DNA of 61,988 nt, filler included, from Choristocarpus tenellus KU-1152 (GCA_964200185.2; 9 parts of 9 records of this genome joined end to end with filler, not necessarily neighbours in it), one strand, 5' to 3'. Counted from the first letter of the whole stretch, positions 26,170 to 39,803 are shown. The notes: a model not told the origin generated them from the sequence alone. Numbers and translations are program-made.

Positions 26170-28690
26170 TGCAAGTAGTATCTACGTTCTCCCAAGCTGA
26201 TTCCGTGAGGGTAGTCTCAGCAATGCTTACGACCTCAATCATCCTGCTCCATCTGTCCCTCAATGCAGTACATAGAACACACCATCCTTCTTCAGTAAGA
26301 TGTAAGACACACCAGAGACAGGCATGGCTGTGTGACCTACCAGATCAAGGGTGTCCCAAGGCAATATCTTCTGTTGGATATGCTGCATATCAGGCGCCAA
26401 TGGAGATGATTCCACTTGATCGCTTTCGAACCATGTCCCATCATTGAGCTGATGAGGTAAACAAAAAACGATTCAGCAGAGCATGGGCGGCAGGCTAAGA
26501 AAGAAAAACGCAGTGAAGAAAGGAACCATCATCAGGATTACCTCCTCAGTTCATTCAGTTGTAGCACCTTACATCACCACGACGACCTCCTCTTCCAGGG
26601 TCCTGCAATGCCAATCGCATCATTGGATACACTTGATACAAGTTGCGGAGATTGCCATAGACTGCACAGTGGGTATGCAACCTCCAAGCCTGTATTAAAA
26701 ACACCGAGTCACCTTTGCCATGATCTTGTCTAGAGCTCGTCCCCTCTCGGCCTTCATACCCATCTCCTGCTCCGCTTCCTCAAAAATCTCGTCCATTGCC
26801 TTCAAGCATGTCGATGTGTTTTTAAATCGGCATGTGAGTTCTCATGCTCTCATTTTCTCATTTGCTCATTGCTCTTCGTGCTGAGTGCCCACACAAACGT
26901 TTCATGTGCTAAAAAGGATAGAAAAGACCTCCTACACGCCTCTGTGCAGTGGAAAATCACCTCTTGCTTCCTGGTGGTATCAGCATGACAGGTCTGGGTA
27001 CCTGCCAGCTCATGCATAGAGCTGGGGCAAGGATTGTGTTGCCTCCAACAGCCGTAGTTCTCCTCTTTGTGCTGTGACCCAACAAAGAAAGCTATCCCAG
27101 GTCTCAGGTCTCAATAACTGTCGCCTACCATACTGTTCAGTGTATCTAACATGCGGATTAACTTTCCTTTTCACTCCATCCTGTCTGCTTCTCTTCCCCC
27201 CGCCTTCCAAATTTAGACCCAAGAAAACAAAGTTGCGAATGTGTTTTTGAACCACTTATGTGCTGCTTCAACTGAAGTCAAAAGGTAACCGTCCTCACAC
27301 ACACACACACACACACCAAAAATTCACCTCTTTCTTGGAGTCTTAGTAAGTTCAACTTTTGCGTGGTCCAAGCGGATCTCACAACAGATAGATGCAATGA
27401 TTATAATGGAAAAAGATCGACAAAAAAACGCCATCCTATGAGGCCGTCAGATCTACGATCTGGACAATAACTCAACACCAGGCTGCACTGAAGCAGACAC
27501 AGTGCCGAACAGAGAGGAAGAGCATTCAACGGTGTTTACAGTGGTTCATCTTGACGCCACTCACTGCGAAGGTCCTCAAGGCCTACCTCCTGTATCAGGT
27601 GTGTCAGGTGAACGGGGGTGACCTCCCCTGTAGGATCTATTCCGTATGCCGAGAGCATACCATCCACCTCGCACAGTGCAACGCAGTCAGTCCTGTGGAA
27701 TGCTTGAACCTGCTTGTTCCTCATCTTCACCTGCAGATGATAGTGACTTTTTTGATCAGTATGATGTAGAGAACAGGCCTCACACAAAAAATCAGACAAT
27801 TGATGTGGTGGTGTGTGTGCCTCATGCAACCTTGGCATATACTCTTGCATCAGACACTTGGGATTATTTTCGTCAATTAACTATTCACAGACTTGCCATC
27901 CAATACAAGGCAACGCACCATGTCAGCGTTTTCATTCAGGAATGTGTAGATCCCTTCCAGGTAGCTCACATCTGACCATTGAAAACAGTCTGCCTTGTCC
28001 TCAAGGGTAGTAGCAATGGTGTCGCCCAAGGATTGACTCTCTTCAACCCCTCCTCCCAGAAGAGCGCGCTGTCTCTTGGCCTCTGAAATGGCTTCTGGCA
28101 GGACTTCGTGAGCTATAAGCTGTGCTACAATCCGACCAATTGCATGGACCCCAACTAGCCATGGAAGGCAGGCCTTGAACAGTCCTTGACGCAGAGAGGT
28201 GGCCAATATACCTAGCAGGTGAGAAAATATCCAGAATCCAGCCAAAGGGGAGCCACGATTAGTACAAACCGAAATCGTTGCAATAGACCCATCTCCACTG
28301 TACTTTCCATAGGGCCTTGGCAGGTGAACCAAAAAGGGCAGGTGGCTTGTCCGAACGAGAAGCTCAACACCCACTCTCCAATCACACCTTGAAGCTTCCA
28401 CATCTCAGCTAAAACCTACAGTGAGCAAAACATCTTGAGATAAAGGTCACCTTGAGGCTGCACCGGTGCTCCAATTCAACACTACCCAACAGTACAAATC
28501 AAAACAATAGTCTTCTTTGTATCACAGGACAAGAAACAAGACTATCCCAGGCAGCGCCCCCACTTCGCAGGTGCACATTTATCTGCTGCAGTAAAAGTAC
28601 CACCTTTTCCCTTTGTGAGAACATGCCCCGATATGATGAGCAGACTGCAGGTGGTCTGTGCCCGTTGCTGGGTATCCTCCAGCTCCTAGC
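26170..28690 (-). pseudogene. Multi-exon pseudogene, product unknown (predicted helical/coiled-coil)
   Basis: Phase-consistent exon chain: 28211-27994 (GC donor), 27730-27587, 27124-27002 (two stops, TGA and TAG), 26799-26713 (AMDEIFEEAEQEMGMKAERGRALDKIMAK), 26689-26542 (148 nt, frameshifted), ~26448-26341. Outer limits are approximate. Confidence 0.55.
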
Positions 28691-30415
28691 ATAGGAACAA
28701 AGAAAAAGAGTGGTTAAGGGTGAACAAAATCGTCACACATTCACCCCTGCAAAGAAGGTAATAATTGGAACACTGGACCTCACACAAAATTGTTTTGGCA
28801 CATTCCACTGAAGCATGGATCACGGCACAGCAAAACTACAAATACATATTGAAATGTCTCAAAAAAACAACATTAAGAGACAGTCTATGTCAAAACTCAG
28901 GATGAATAGGCCCATTTGGAAAATATAAGCATAAACACAAGCACAAAACGCACTCAACCAAACCACAAAACATTACCCTATCTTCAATACAAGGGCTGTA
29001 TCTCGCACAATCCCACTTGCCCAAGGGCTTTGTGGTATCATCCCAAAGCCATAGTTTTTGACCCACCCTGAGCGCAATGGACCCCAGGTGCTTGCTACCT
29101 TCACAAACAGGAGGACTACAAGGTGTGGTTTTCGGGTCCAGCTCTAGCGCCATGAATATAATGTAACATTAAATAGACCACGGCCATTTAAATGATTCAG
29201 TGTGGCTCTTCACCTTGATGAGGGAGGGCATGAAGACACTGGGGTATGCAAGGCACATCCGCACAGTGAAGATTTCCATCTGTTGACGAACAGGTGGGAG
29301 ATTCAGTCGGCGATTCTCGGCCCAGAAAAACTTGTTTACCTCACGGATTACCTGAGGGGAGACGGCGAAGGGTATTAGATCTCCACCGGAGTCCGATGCG
29401 ACCAAAGAGATCCTCCAATGGACAGGGACAAACATGTCATTCGTCAAAGGAACATCTGTCTGTTGTCCGGGAAGGCTTTTTTCTCACGAGACAGATAGGT
29501 TTCTTTCTACACATACTTGTGTAGATCAAGACAATAGATGCATAGCTCTGCAATGAAATCCCCCCCCCGCAGAGGGCATCGAATGACCTGATGTTGGTAC
29601 AACCTGGGTTTGTTCCTGGAGCGCACCTTAGGAGTCGAACCTGATCCCCCAATACAGTTATCGTTGCAGAGGTAGCCGCAAAGGATGCACAGTGCCTGAC
29701 GACAAAACAAAACAAAACAGAGGTTGAGCAATAAGTGCCTTGCATGANNNNNNNNNNNNNNNNNNNNNNNNNNNNNNNNNNNNNNNNNNNNTTAATTAAT
29801 TAANNNNNNNNNNNNNNNNNNNNNNNNNNNNNNNNNNNNNNNNNNNNGCATCCATGCTCATCCCTCCCATCTGGGCTATTGTACTTTAGTAGACCGGCCA
29901 GAGAATCACAGCAGTATTGAAAAGCAAGTGATCCAGTTGTTTCAATGATGAGTCAATCTAGCAGGGCACTTGGTGCTTGATACTCCAAGGGTTAGCTGGG
30001 ATATAATGGTACTAGGCTGGGTACATCACGCCTCCTGCAGACTTAGATTGGGGTATAGAGGACTACCCTTGCACTTTCCATCTCTTACCTCACATTCCAA
30101 TACACAAGATAATGCAGTCATACTTGTATACAACCCCCTCTCAATCCCCAAATTGTCACCTAAATGGCATTTCCTTTCACTCGTACCCAGTCTTCCACTA
30201 ACAACCATCACACACCCCTTCAGACTAGTGCGTGCCCAGAGTTTCATCACAGTGCTCACATCTCTTTCACATAATACCTTGTTGTAGGGGCTGCATCCTC
30301 ATCAATAGGGTCCCTCCTTCTGCCGGCAACTCCTCCTGAGTCATCGTTGGTATTGATTGTGTTGTTGGTCTGGGGCTATTGCTAGAGTCATGCATGACTT
30401 AGACATTATGGGTAT

Positions 30416-30650
30416 GAGCCAGATTATCTAAGAGAGTAGAGCCGCGTCCATTTGGGGACCACAATCCAATGTTGCGATTTTGATATAATTTTGACTGTCG
30501 TGTTTGTTAGGAAGAGTCAATATCCATATTCTGGACACACTTTTTAATAACGTATGCATTTTTCCTACTCCAAAATGTTTTGGAGGAGGAAAATGTCATT
30601 AAAAAAGACATGGGAAGTCAAGCCCCAAATGAACAAACAGGGCAAAGCTC
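30416..30650 (+). mobile_element. MITE family A, right TIR truncated
   Basis: gagccagattatctaagagagtagagccgcgtccatttgggg... ends at acagggcaaagctc. Confidence 0.85.
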
Positions 30651-30754
30651 ATATAATGAATTGCACAAGTATCAGGACGATATTCAGTAGTGAAGATTCT
30701 AAGGGGTCTGATTAAAGCAACAAAAACCCACTTGATTACAATCCTGAACTCACT

Positions 30755-30919
30755 AGGAGGAATATCAAACATCGCAGAGGAAGGCAACAGAAGGAGTGAG
30801 GTGAGCAAAGCAAGAGGGCATCAAATCCGTGAGGAATGCTCTGAGGGACTTGATGCCCTCTTCCTCTTTTCATCTCACCGCTACTGTTACCCTCCTCAGT
30901 GATATTCAATATTCCTCCT
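30755..30919 (-). repeat. Imperfect 74-bp-arm inverted repeat (candidate intronic hairpin RNA) derived from the adjacent exon/5' splice site
   Basis: Arms 30755-30828 and 30846-30919 align ungapped at 58/74 by hand count, with a 17-nt loop. Both are homologous to 31081-31155. Confidence 0.85.
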
Positions 30920-31110
30920 CCAAAGAGGATCAAGCTTTCTCATGGCAGTCTCCTCATGAGTTACCATTGTCATGAGTGGGGTGTTGTTGGTTCAGTGCCT
31001 ATGACAGTGTCGCTCAGAAGGAGGGTTGCTCGAATTGGGCAAAAATTAGGATCAGATTGGGGAATGAGGACCCCCAGGTGCTTGATGTCCTCTTGCTTAT
31101 TTCATCTCAC

Positions 31111-34065
31111 CGCCTCTACAGCTCTCCTCAGCAAAATTTGATTCTCTGCCTCCAAGGAGTCAATCTGAACCCTATAGCTTGCCCCCTCAGTTTCACTCCT
31201 CACGAGGCATGTCCTAGTTGTCAAAGGAGATCCAAGTTGAGATAAGAGGTTGGAGGAAGGATACATAGACATAGGAGGGGAATTGGCGTGAATGGGAATG
31301 ACAAGTGGAGAAAAAACAACAATCAATTGCTTGATTGGTCTCAGCACAAAATCCCTTCAACATACAAGCACTGTTGTGTGATTAGGTACCCTTCATCGAT
31401 CAAATTTTGATATTCAAATGTTTGTTTTCTCCCCTACACAATGATATCATATGACCAATTGGTTTAGTAACCCTAACCCTAAGTTCCCATGCCAAAAACA
31501 AAAGAAGATCCTCTATCTCCTTGCTCTTCCCACCCACCTGGTCCTCTCCAGATCGTCAAGTAGTGCACTGTTAACGCCCCTTTCCTTGTGCAGATTGTCA
31601 CGCAGCTCTTTATTGTTGTTTCGCAGATCTCTATTTGCCACCCTCTGTTGGGACATTGCCATGAGATTGGCATATATGCAGTGATTAGCATTGCACCACC
31701 CGACAACAGGGAGAATTACAGGTATCATCACTGATAGCATCAATGTAGCTCAAGTCCAAACAAGAGGTCAGACATCTCATAATAACTATAGTATTGTTTG
31801 TTCTTCCTCACAATGATTGCCATTACCAGCATCACAGTCAGAATTTTCAACCAAACCACTTCATAGTCAATAATGGCAGTTTACAAAAATGTGAAAATTG
31901 TTCTCCAGGGATAGGGTCATGGTTTGGACTCCACAAAAATGTCTAATTTTGTAGATATTGACAGGCCTACTCTCATGAACTTGATGAAGAATGTCTCATG
32001 GGATCTTCAGTTGGGAATAGATAAGTCCTAAACAAGACTCTAGCGTCTGTGGATGTACTCGTGCCTGCCTATGCCCTTCACATTAGGGGTGGTAAGCCAT
32101 GTGGATAAAAAAGAGGCCAAATGTCAGGATTGGCTGGGATGTATCAAAGTTTTACTGCATGATGATATTTGAGTAGCCAAGGGATAGAAATACAGAACCC
32201 AACAGGGGTTAGCACCATCTCACCGTCAATTGCATGGATGTAATAGTCATCACTGCAACTATAATAGCTGCAGAGAGCAGGAGGTACTGCAGTGACACCT
32301 AGTGGAACACCAAGCATAGAGTAGCAAAGGCTGATTATGAATATGGGAGTTTAAGTGTGAATATGTGTTTGTTATGGATGTGTGGACTCAGAAAGCTACC
32401 TAAGTGTAGACATTTGTGCTACATGCAGTCAAAAGAAAATTCCAGGAGGTTGATCGATCAGGATTCAATTGGATCAAAGTTTCTTGTTTTGGAAGTTCCA
32501 GAGCAAATTTTGTGGTGCAAACAAGTTGAATTCAAGCAAAGATCCTTTGAGACAACTGTGTAATCCACAGTATCTTGACATTGAGACTGGGAGGGATGAG
32601 AATGGTTATTGAAGCACCACAGAGAAATATCACAAGCATGAGTGGGGCATGTACCCTGCAGAGACTTCATTGTTGGTTTTTGCATTGCAATGCTGTTCTA
32701 AATTAGCAATTGGAATTGAGTACTATCTGGGAAGGGCTATTCTTCTCTGAGTTTGCTGATTCTAAACAACTGTGATAATTATGCTCCTGCTTCCATCTTG
32801 AGAGGCTGGACTAGCTTCAAATTGACAGTCACAAATCATATCATCTATCAAAGATGTCATGTCGCATGTTGAGAACAAGCTAACTGCTGGAGTGGGTTGG
32901 TATTGTGGATGGGCCCTAGGATGAGGAAGGGTGCAAAGGAGATGGCTAGAAGGAGGGAATGGGAAGAGGGTAATGCATTTATGAGGTTTATTCTTGAAGG
33001 GGGTAAGGATTGTAGAGGTCATGGGAGTGGAGTGAAATTATCTTAGAGGGTACAAGTTTGTTAGTCCATTTGGGGCTTAGCTTCCCATAGGGGTTTTATG
33101 AGATTTTCCTACTCCAAAATGTTTAGGAGTAGGTAAATGTATATCTTATTAAAAGGTTTGTCCAGAACATGGATATTGACACTTCCTAATAAATGCAATA
33201 GCCAAAATTATATCAAAATCACTACATTGGATTTTGGGCACCAAATGGACGCGGCTCTACCCTCTAAGATACTTTCGCTCATTGTTCATTTTTTAAACCT
33301 TTCCTATGTGTGGAATCAGTTAGGTGTTAGGGTTAGGGTTAGGGTTAGAGTCACTTGGATGCTACCGTTCTCATTTTACACTTCCCAGCTATCTTCTTAC
33401 TCTCTATTAAAGGAAGTTTCTATCTGTTGTTTAACCAGAGTGCCTCTCATAGATTTCAGGAGGCGTTCACACAACCTTAACCCTTGTTCTCAGAACAACA
33501 AAATTCTAAACCCTAACCCTTTCAATGAATTTTTCTTTTTGATCAAACATCCTGGCACAAAATTGGGGCCCTGTATCACAACTCTAGTGGTTTGTGGATT
33601 TGATTTGATTTGATTTGATCTGCATTTCCTTTTATGGTGGGTTTGGGTTGAAGAGGCGTATCTTTAGGGTTATGAATTTGAATTTGAATTTGAATCAGTA
33701 AGATTCAATGAATCGAAGAAAACAGTCAACACTCAAATGAAAGGTTTTATTTGGTTGTGTTTATTGAAGTTCATGTGGATGCTGTGTTGTGTTATATATT
33801 TCCTTAGAGAGCCTCTTTTTACATCCTGCATGCATGCTTCAACTCTTATCAAATATAAAGAAAATTGTTGACCAAAAAACAAAAATCACTGCGCTCCTTT
33901 GCATTTTTTTTGTTGAACTCTCAAATGGATCACTGGGACTGGATAAAAAAAAATATACTAGAAATTGGTCATGATACTGGTGTTTCCTGGAACCAATAGG
34001 TATGCCTGGCTTGACCTCAATAGGTTGCTGTGTTCAATTTCTACGCATGCTTTCTCCAATTCTTC
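31111..34065 (-). CDS. Coiled-coil protein gene fragment, unknown function
   Basis: Phase-consistent exons: 34065-34006 (EELEKACVEIEHSNLLRSSQ, GC donor, weak), 31644-31538 (RVANRDLRNNNKELRDNLHKERGVNSALLDDLERT), 31213-31111 (TCLVRSETEGASYRVQIDSLEAENQILLRRAVEA, donor GTGAGA). Heptad-like pattern. Confidence 0.55.
33030..33280 (-). mobile_element. MITE family A
   Basis: gagtgaaattatcttagagggtac...taccctctaagatactttcgctc. Confidence 0.9.
33319..33350 (+). repeat. Interstitial telomere-like (TTAGGG)n
   Basis: gttaggtgttagggttagggttagggttagag. Confidence 0.8.
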
Positions 34066-34087
34066 CTTTTGTTTTTTTTTATACTCT

Positions 34088-34180
34088 GGTTCAAAGTATC
34101 TGGGGGGGTGTGTGTGTGGCGGTTGTCCATTTGGGGTCAATTGTTTCGCGTTATGATTCTTGGGTGATTTGGTTGCATAT
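34088..34180 (+). mobile_element. MITE family B left terminus, truncated by contig end
   Basis: ggttcaaagtatctgggggggtg...tgtccatttggggtc. Confidence 0.8.
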
Positions 34181-36479
34181 NNNNNNNNNNNNNNNNNNNN
34201 NNNNNNNNNNNNNNNNNNNNNNNNTTAATTAATTAANNNNNNNNNNNNNNNNNNNNNNNNNNNNNNNNNNNNNNNNNNNNCCACTAATCAGTTACTTCAG
34301 CACTATCAAATATTGTACTACTGTCGTCCACCATCATAATCTTAATTGCTTACGTGGTGAGTGTTGTTTTTTTCGTTGTCATTTTTCGGAGTTTTTTTAG
34401 ATCTCCTCTTTTATGGTATGTATTAGGTAGGTAACGTTTGGAGGATAGATCATGGGATAGACTGAGTATGTCCCCAACTTTTCCTGGGTAATATGGAGGC
34501 ATCGGTGATAGCGATCCGTAGCACCTAAATGTTTCTCCTTTTAATAGAGTATGCCACATATTATATTTTTAGGTATTAAGATCTGCTCAGGGAGTACAAT
34601 GGTTCGCATGGAGTATGTCACATTGCCTTCTTTCATACATAGCGAGTAGTGATTATTGAGTCTTCACTCCTTCTCTTCAGAAACATATTCAGTTACTTTT
34701 TCTTCTTCGCTGTTTCATCGTTATTTTGGATAAATGTATTTAATATATATTACATTTTAGTATTATTGGATTGTGTTGTGTTGTTGATTCTGGTTTGCTT
34801 ATGTTATGACTTATTTTATTATAGGGATATATAATCATCTTTACAACAATCTAAGGGGAGAAGTAGTTCTAAAACAGTGAAAGGAGGCATTATCACAACA
34901 ATGGTTCACTCAAAAGGAATAAATGATCAAACAAAATGAAGAAAAAGGAATGAGAACGACTCGATGCGTACCTCTCAATTTTGGCAGACAGACACAAACA
35001 ATACCCAATCAATACATTATTTGAAGTAGAGTCATCAACGCTGCCAACGTCCTCAACTTCCCATGGGAATGAAAAATCTCAGTTAGTCATGCCTGGTTTA
35101 TCCATCAAAATCACTACACTGGTCATCATCACAAACCACAACAAAAAACGCAAGAATAAATCTGGAAAATCATAGGAAGTAGGAATCTAATGCGTAGGGG
35201 GTACAACCTAATGCACTTCACTTGCGTCAAGTGATCCCATACCATGGTGCACATACCTATCACAGCTAATCTGAAGCGTCACCCACTAGCCAATCGATCA
35301 CTTGGTTCCATCAACCACACATACAAGTTCTTATCATATATCTTCATTGTGCGTTGCGATTTTCTTCCCCTCTACTATACAGCACACCTCGACCCATTAT
35401 CGCAAACTTCTTGAGTCAAGATCGAAAACACACGCCCACCTGTGCTTCCCCTGTTCTCCCTGCTTCGCTCTGCCTTCTATCCACAAGTTCCCAATACTCT
35501 GCCCCTTTTTTGGCAGTTCAGCCCTCACGCATGTAGCTGACCTTGTGAACAAGAGACTTAATTTTCACACTTTAGTCTTGACAATTTGTTGTCCTGCACA
35601 CACACTTTTCGTAAGGACATATTTGCTTGGCAGGATCCAATCAGTGTATTGCCCCCTTCAAAATTCGATGCAGTGAAGTAGGAGATTTTGGTGATAGGAA
35701 CAATGATACTGTGGACCTTTAAAAATGTCCATTTCACACAAGCATAAAACTGGAGGACCTCAATTTACTACTTCAACCTTTAGCAATCGGATATTAACCT
35801 CAAATGGTATGCCTGTAATTCTGCCATAAAATAATTTATTCGACTTTACTTGCCTAACCGCCTAAACTTTTTGGCTTCATCAACTATATATACTCAGCAT
35901 TGATATTGGTGAGTTAAACGATCTTTCCGGTCTACTTATGTTGTGTGATTCCTCCTGTCCCAAAGTCTGTATCTACATCGTGCCTCCTACAGATAGTTCT
36001 ATTGACTGTAGAAATATACTCGCAGTACAAAATACTGAGTATAATGGTAGGAGGTAGCTTTATTGAAACCGCAAACATGCATTTCCAGGTTTCTTCCAAA
36101 GTAATCACTGCACTCTACAGATAGGTTATTTATAGCCCAGCACCCCTGCAAACAAGTGTTTGGGTTCGAACCTCGTCGGATTTCTTTTCAGTCTAGAAGA
36201 CCCAGAATGCCTTCGGCAATCACTGCGAATTGCACATCTGAGTTAAAACAACTGGGAGATAGGCAGAGTTGCACTTTAAGGATCCCAAGTAAGGGCGAAC
36301 AGATGTCGTTTTGTATCGCTGCAGAACGAATATTTGCTGACAGATGGTGCCACTTTGTGCGTGGAAAGAGGGAATGTAAACTTTGCGTATGCCATTGTGA
36401 AAATATGGGAATGAAATAGAGTGCATTGCACAGGGTAAGAAAGCTGACTTATGGTGCGAAAGGGTACAGATCTGCTTAC

Positions 36480-37400
36480 CTCTCAAGTGGTTTGGCTCAT
36501 CTATACTATAACACTGTAATCTCATCCTCTCGGACACTGTGCACAACAGAGAATTGTAGAAAAACTGGAACAAGGTGGGGAGACTTCGTTGCCAAGCAGT
36601 GCTGAGGATATGCTGCGCAATAAGTAAAATGGGAGGGACGAGCCAGAACGGATGAACGATTGGTAGCACAGATGAGTGGTTGCGGGTCTGAACCCAAGAC
36701 AAGTAAAGGAAGATGTACAGAAGGCATTCAAACGGTTAGTCAAAGTGGTAGAGCTGGCTTAAGGTTGGACAGAGCCTTCTATAAGGGTGTGTTCTTGCTC
36801 ACATCCTCTTAAACATCTTCTTTGTGGCAATACTAAGTGTGGCAGTTTAGGTGTTCATCTCTGATAGGATCATCTCCAAGGATCTTGCTGTCATCAACAG
36901 ATCGATATCAAACAACCAGGTCAGAAAAGGAACACCAACAGGACATGGGATAACACTTCTTTTGAGCGGATCCTCAAGGGTATGTTTTATGCTGATGTGG
37001 CACATACTGTGTCTAAGACCCAGAAAGGTTCGACGAGAATGATACTTATGGATGTGAAGGTGTTTAGGTCCGTCAGTCTGACGTGTTGAAGTTTGAGACA
37101 AAGGCTATATGCCTTCAACCACCCAATAAGACCGAACACACCATGTACACCCAGGCGTTGGGACAAAATTTCAAGCAAATTGAGAAGTTCAACTACCTGG
37201 AGCCATCATCAGCGACGAAGCTGCTACAAATATCACTGCCAAGATTAGCCACAGGATCTAAAAAGTTGCAATTGCTTATGGAAATATATTCAAATGCTAT
37301 ATGACTGAACCTAAGTTGTATCATTTGAGGTCACTCTTAAGGTCAGAATGCCGAAAGTCAAAGTACTTGGCGTTCTGTTACATGGCTGTATATAACATGG
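36480..37400 (+). mobile_element. Decayed Ty1/Copia RT/RNase H remnant
   Basis: Broken-frame motifs such as ERLVAQMSGCG, KGTPTGHGIT, YADVAH and SKYL occur in the Copia order (l..m...G; GT...GI; YaDADya; SKHI). Many stops. Confidence 0.45.
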
Positions 37401-39133
37401 CACTTCGCCAGGTCCACTAAATTAAGCTTTACTCCTTGACCATGAGTTCGTCCTACGTTGCGTCAGATTTTGAAACCGGAACACATCAATCACACCCTCT
37501 CTTACAAATGTGCCCCTATGAAGACTGGGTGTGATAGTATCAAGGCGACTTAAAATAGGCTGCTATTCGCACGGTCTGTTGCATCCACGGGAGATGAGCG
37601 ACTTCCTAAGGTGTTGTTGGTGTTTGGGAAGCTTGCAGGTTGAAACAAGAGCATTATGGTCAGGACAATAACTAGCGGAATGAACCTTGCAAGAAGATTA
37701 CTCAGGAAAGAGTAAACAAGTGGAAAGTGAATGAGGGGCTTTTGCAAGGTCCCCTCAAACCATCCGCTATTCACTTCAGGCAGATGTTAACTTCAACATG
37801 CCAAAACAGATGTCATACGAACAACAGATTCTTCAACATAGGTTACCTTAAAGGTATACCTTAGTTGGAAGATGATTCTCACAATCAAGGAGTGTTGTAT
37901 AATAATTAAATTATTACCTTCTTGTGACTACCTCTCAACTTTCAAGTAGTGCAACCCCTCAAAATATTGTGACAAAAATAACATTGTAGTAGATGAGTAA
38001 GTATATTATATATACATATATTATTATGCCCTCTGACATTTTGCAGACGCGTCCTCGTCTTCTGGACTTGAACTTGGGTTTTGGAGTCTGCTTCGCAGTC
38101 TGTATCGTGTTCAGACAGACCCCTTGACCACCCCATGGAACTGCTTCTTGGGAATCGATTTGACCAGGCCACGCTTAACCAGCGGGTGAGGGAGGAAACG
38201 AAGGAGATTGATCACTCCATAGTGATGATCAGGGAGGAAATATGAGAGCCATCTTGGAAAGAAGGTATACCTTGAAGGTAACTTATGTTGAAGAATCTGA
38301 TATTCGTATGACATTTTGTTTTTGCATGTTGAACGTAACATCAGCTTGAATAAAATAGTGAGTGGTTTGAGGCGACCTTGCAACCCCCCCTCGTTCACTT
38401 TACCACTTGGTCACTCTTTTCCTGAGTTATGTTCTGAGGGATTGCTCTCGTCTTGTCTTGTCTCTCTTCACTTCCTTGCCTCCTGTAGGTCTTCCCGCTC
38501 CCCTTCAGTACGAAGAACCTGTAAGCTTGTTTCCATCTGTTTCACAGAAAATTCAATTCAATTTCATAAGAACCCCTGTAAAAGCAACAGTTGTCACAAA
38601 TATGAAATATATATCTCTATAATCTATTTACTATTTGACTACCACCTATGCTACACAACTCTCCTACTATGCCTCCAACCTAGCTTAGCCCTACACCACA
38701 GGGCTAGGAACTAGGGAAGTATCCCAACAATCTGACAGCCCCCTCCTTGACCATCTCCCCGATGCCTCCAGCTTAAAATACTTGACACTTCTTGAGAGAG
38801 CACTTGTGTTGTGACAGACACTATATGCTGTGAGCAGGATTTAACAACCTTTCTGCTGTAGCCTCCAGGTCCTCTCCCCCCTACTACCAACTCATTCAGA
38901 GAACTTTCTGCCTTGCTTACCAACTCGCCCAAAACTCTGCACCTGGAATTGTAAACTATTGATGGCATATTACTGTTTCTTAATTTGGTGACTACCCTAA
39001 CTTTTTTATTATTATGCCTTCAACGAACGGTTGCAATTTCTTCATTCGTGCAATCCTTCTTGCATTTTAGATTCCAGTCCAGGCATCTCACCGCTTGTCT
39101 TGTCCAGAACTTGTTCAGTGTGACTTCATAATT

Positions 39134-39522
39134 ATTTTATTATTATTCCCTCTCACATTTTGAGATGTGTCAAGGGAAAAACCAAGGGTAAACAATTCAC
39201 ATGTCAGAAAAATCCCCAAGGAAGTAAAAGTTGTGACAAATGTGAAAAACATTGATCTATTTGTTATGTCACTACTACGTTGTACAACTCAATAATAATT
39301 AGGTAGATAAATAAAATAATTAGGTAGATTGGAGACAAAAGGAAATAGTACAACATAGTAGTGAAAAAATAAATCAATATTTTTTACATTTGCGACAACT
39401 TTTATTTCCTTAAGGAGTTTTCTGATATGTTTAGGATATTTTATTTCCTTAGGTCTAATAACGACATATGTATAGTTTTCATTGATTTCCCCCTGCAAAA
39501 TGTCAGAGGGCATAATAATAAA
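39134..39522. mobile_element. Repeat family C as an inverted pair (fold-back/MITE-like element, ~390 bp)
   Basis: 39134-39265 (+) and ~39370-39522 (-) are reverse-complementary copies (ttattattat.ccctc..acattt.....gtcaagggaaaa..cacatgtcagaaaaatcc..aaggaagtaaaagttgt.acaaatgt.aaaa.attgat.tat). Further starts at 38019 and 39663. Confidence 0.7.
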
Positions 39523-39803
39523 ATATGTAAATATTTTTTTCTATTTTTTTACACATGTAGAAAAAGTAAATAATAATATAATATATTATATTTTCTTCCT
39601 GCCTAAATTGCTCGTTTTATTTCTACGGTATAGTGAGAACCATACAATATTATAATATAATATTTTTATTATTATGCCCTCTGACATTTTGCAGATGTGT
39701 CAGNNNNNNNNNNNNNNNNNNNNNNNNNNNNNNNNNNNNNNNNNNNNTTAATTAATTAANNNNNNNNNNNNNNNNNNNNNNNNNNNNNNNNNNNNNNNNN
39801 NNN

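Noticed and set aside
26380-26450. Apparent similarity to 59310-59395 (tgtcccatcattg, ggagatg)
   Set aside because: The matches are short, non-colinear words with no shared reading frame, so likely chance.
27530-27975. Plus-strand VVHLDATHCEGP resembling a MULE transposase first Asp motif
   Set aside because: The minus strand gives a clean phase-0 exon (27730-27587) that fits the neighbouring exon chain, and downstream MULE motifs are not convincing.
33137-33613. 158-aa ORF and similar ORFs (4526-4861, 49449-49748, start of 49996-50505) sharing TWILTLPNK..PSKIL
   Set aside because: These are chance read-throughs of non-coding MITE family A. The frames are not conserved among copies.
38090-38968. 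Exon-like stretches (38099-38185 +, 38489-38520 +, 38711-38943 -)
   Set aside because: The splice signals are plausible, but there is no recognisable protein and too few exons to test phase consistency.
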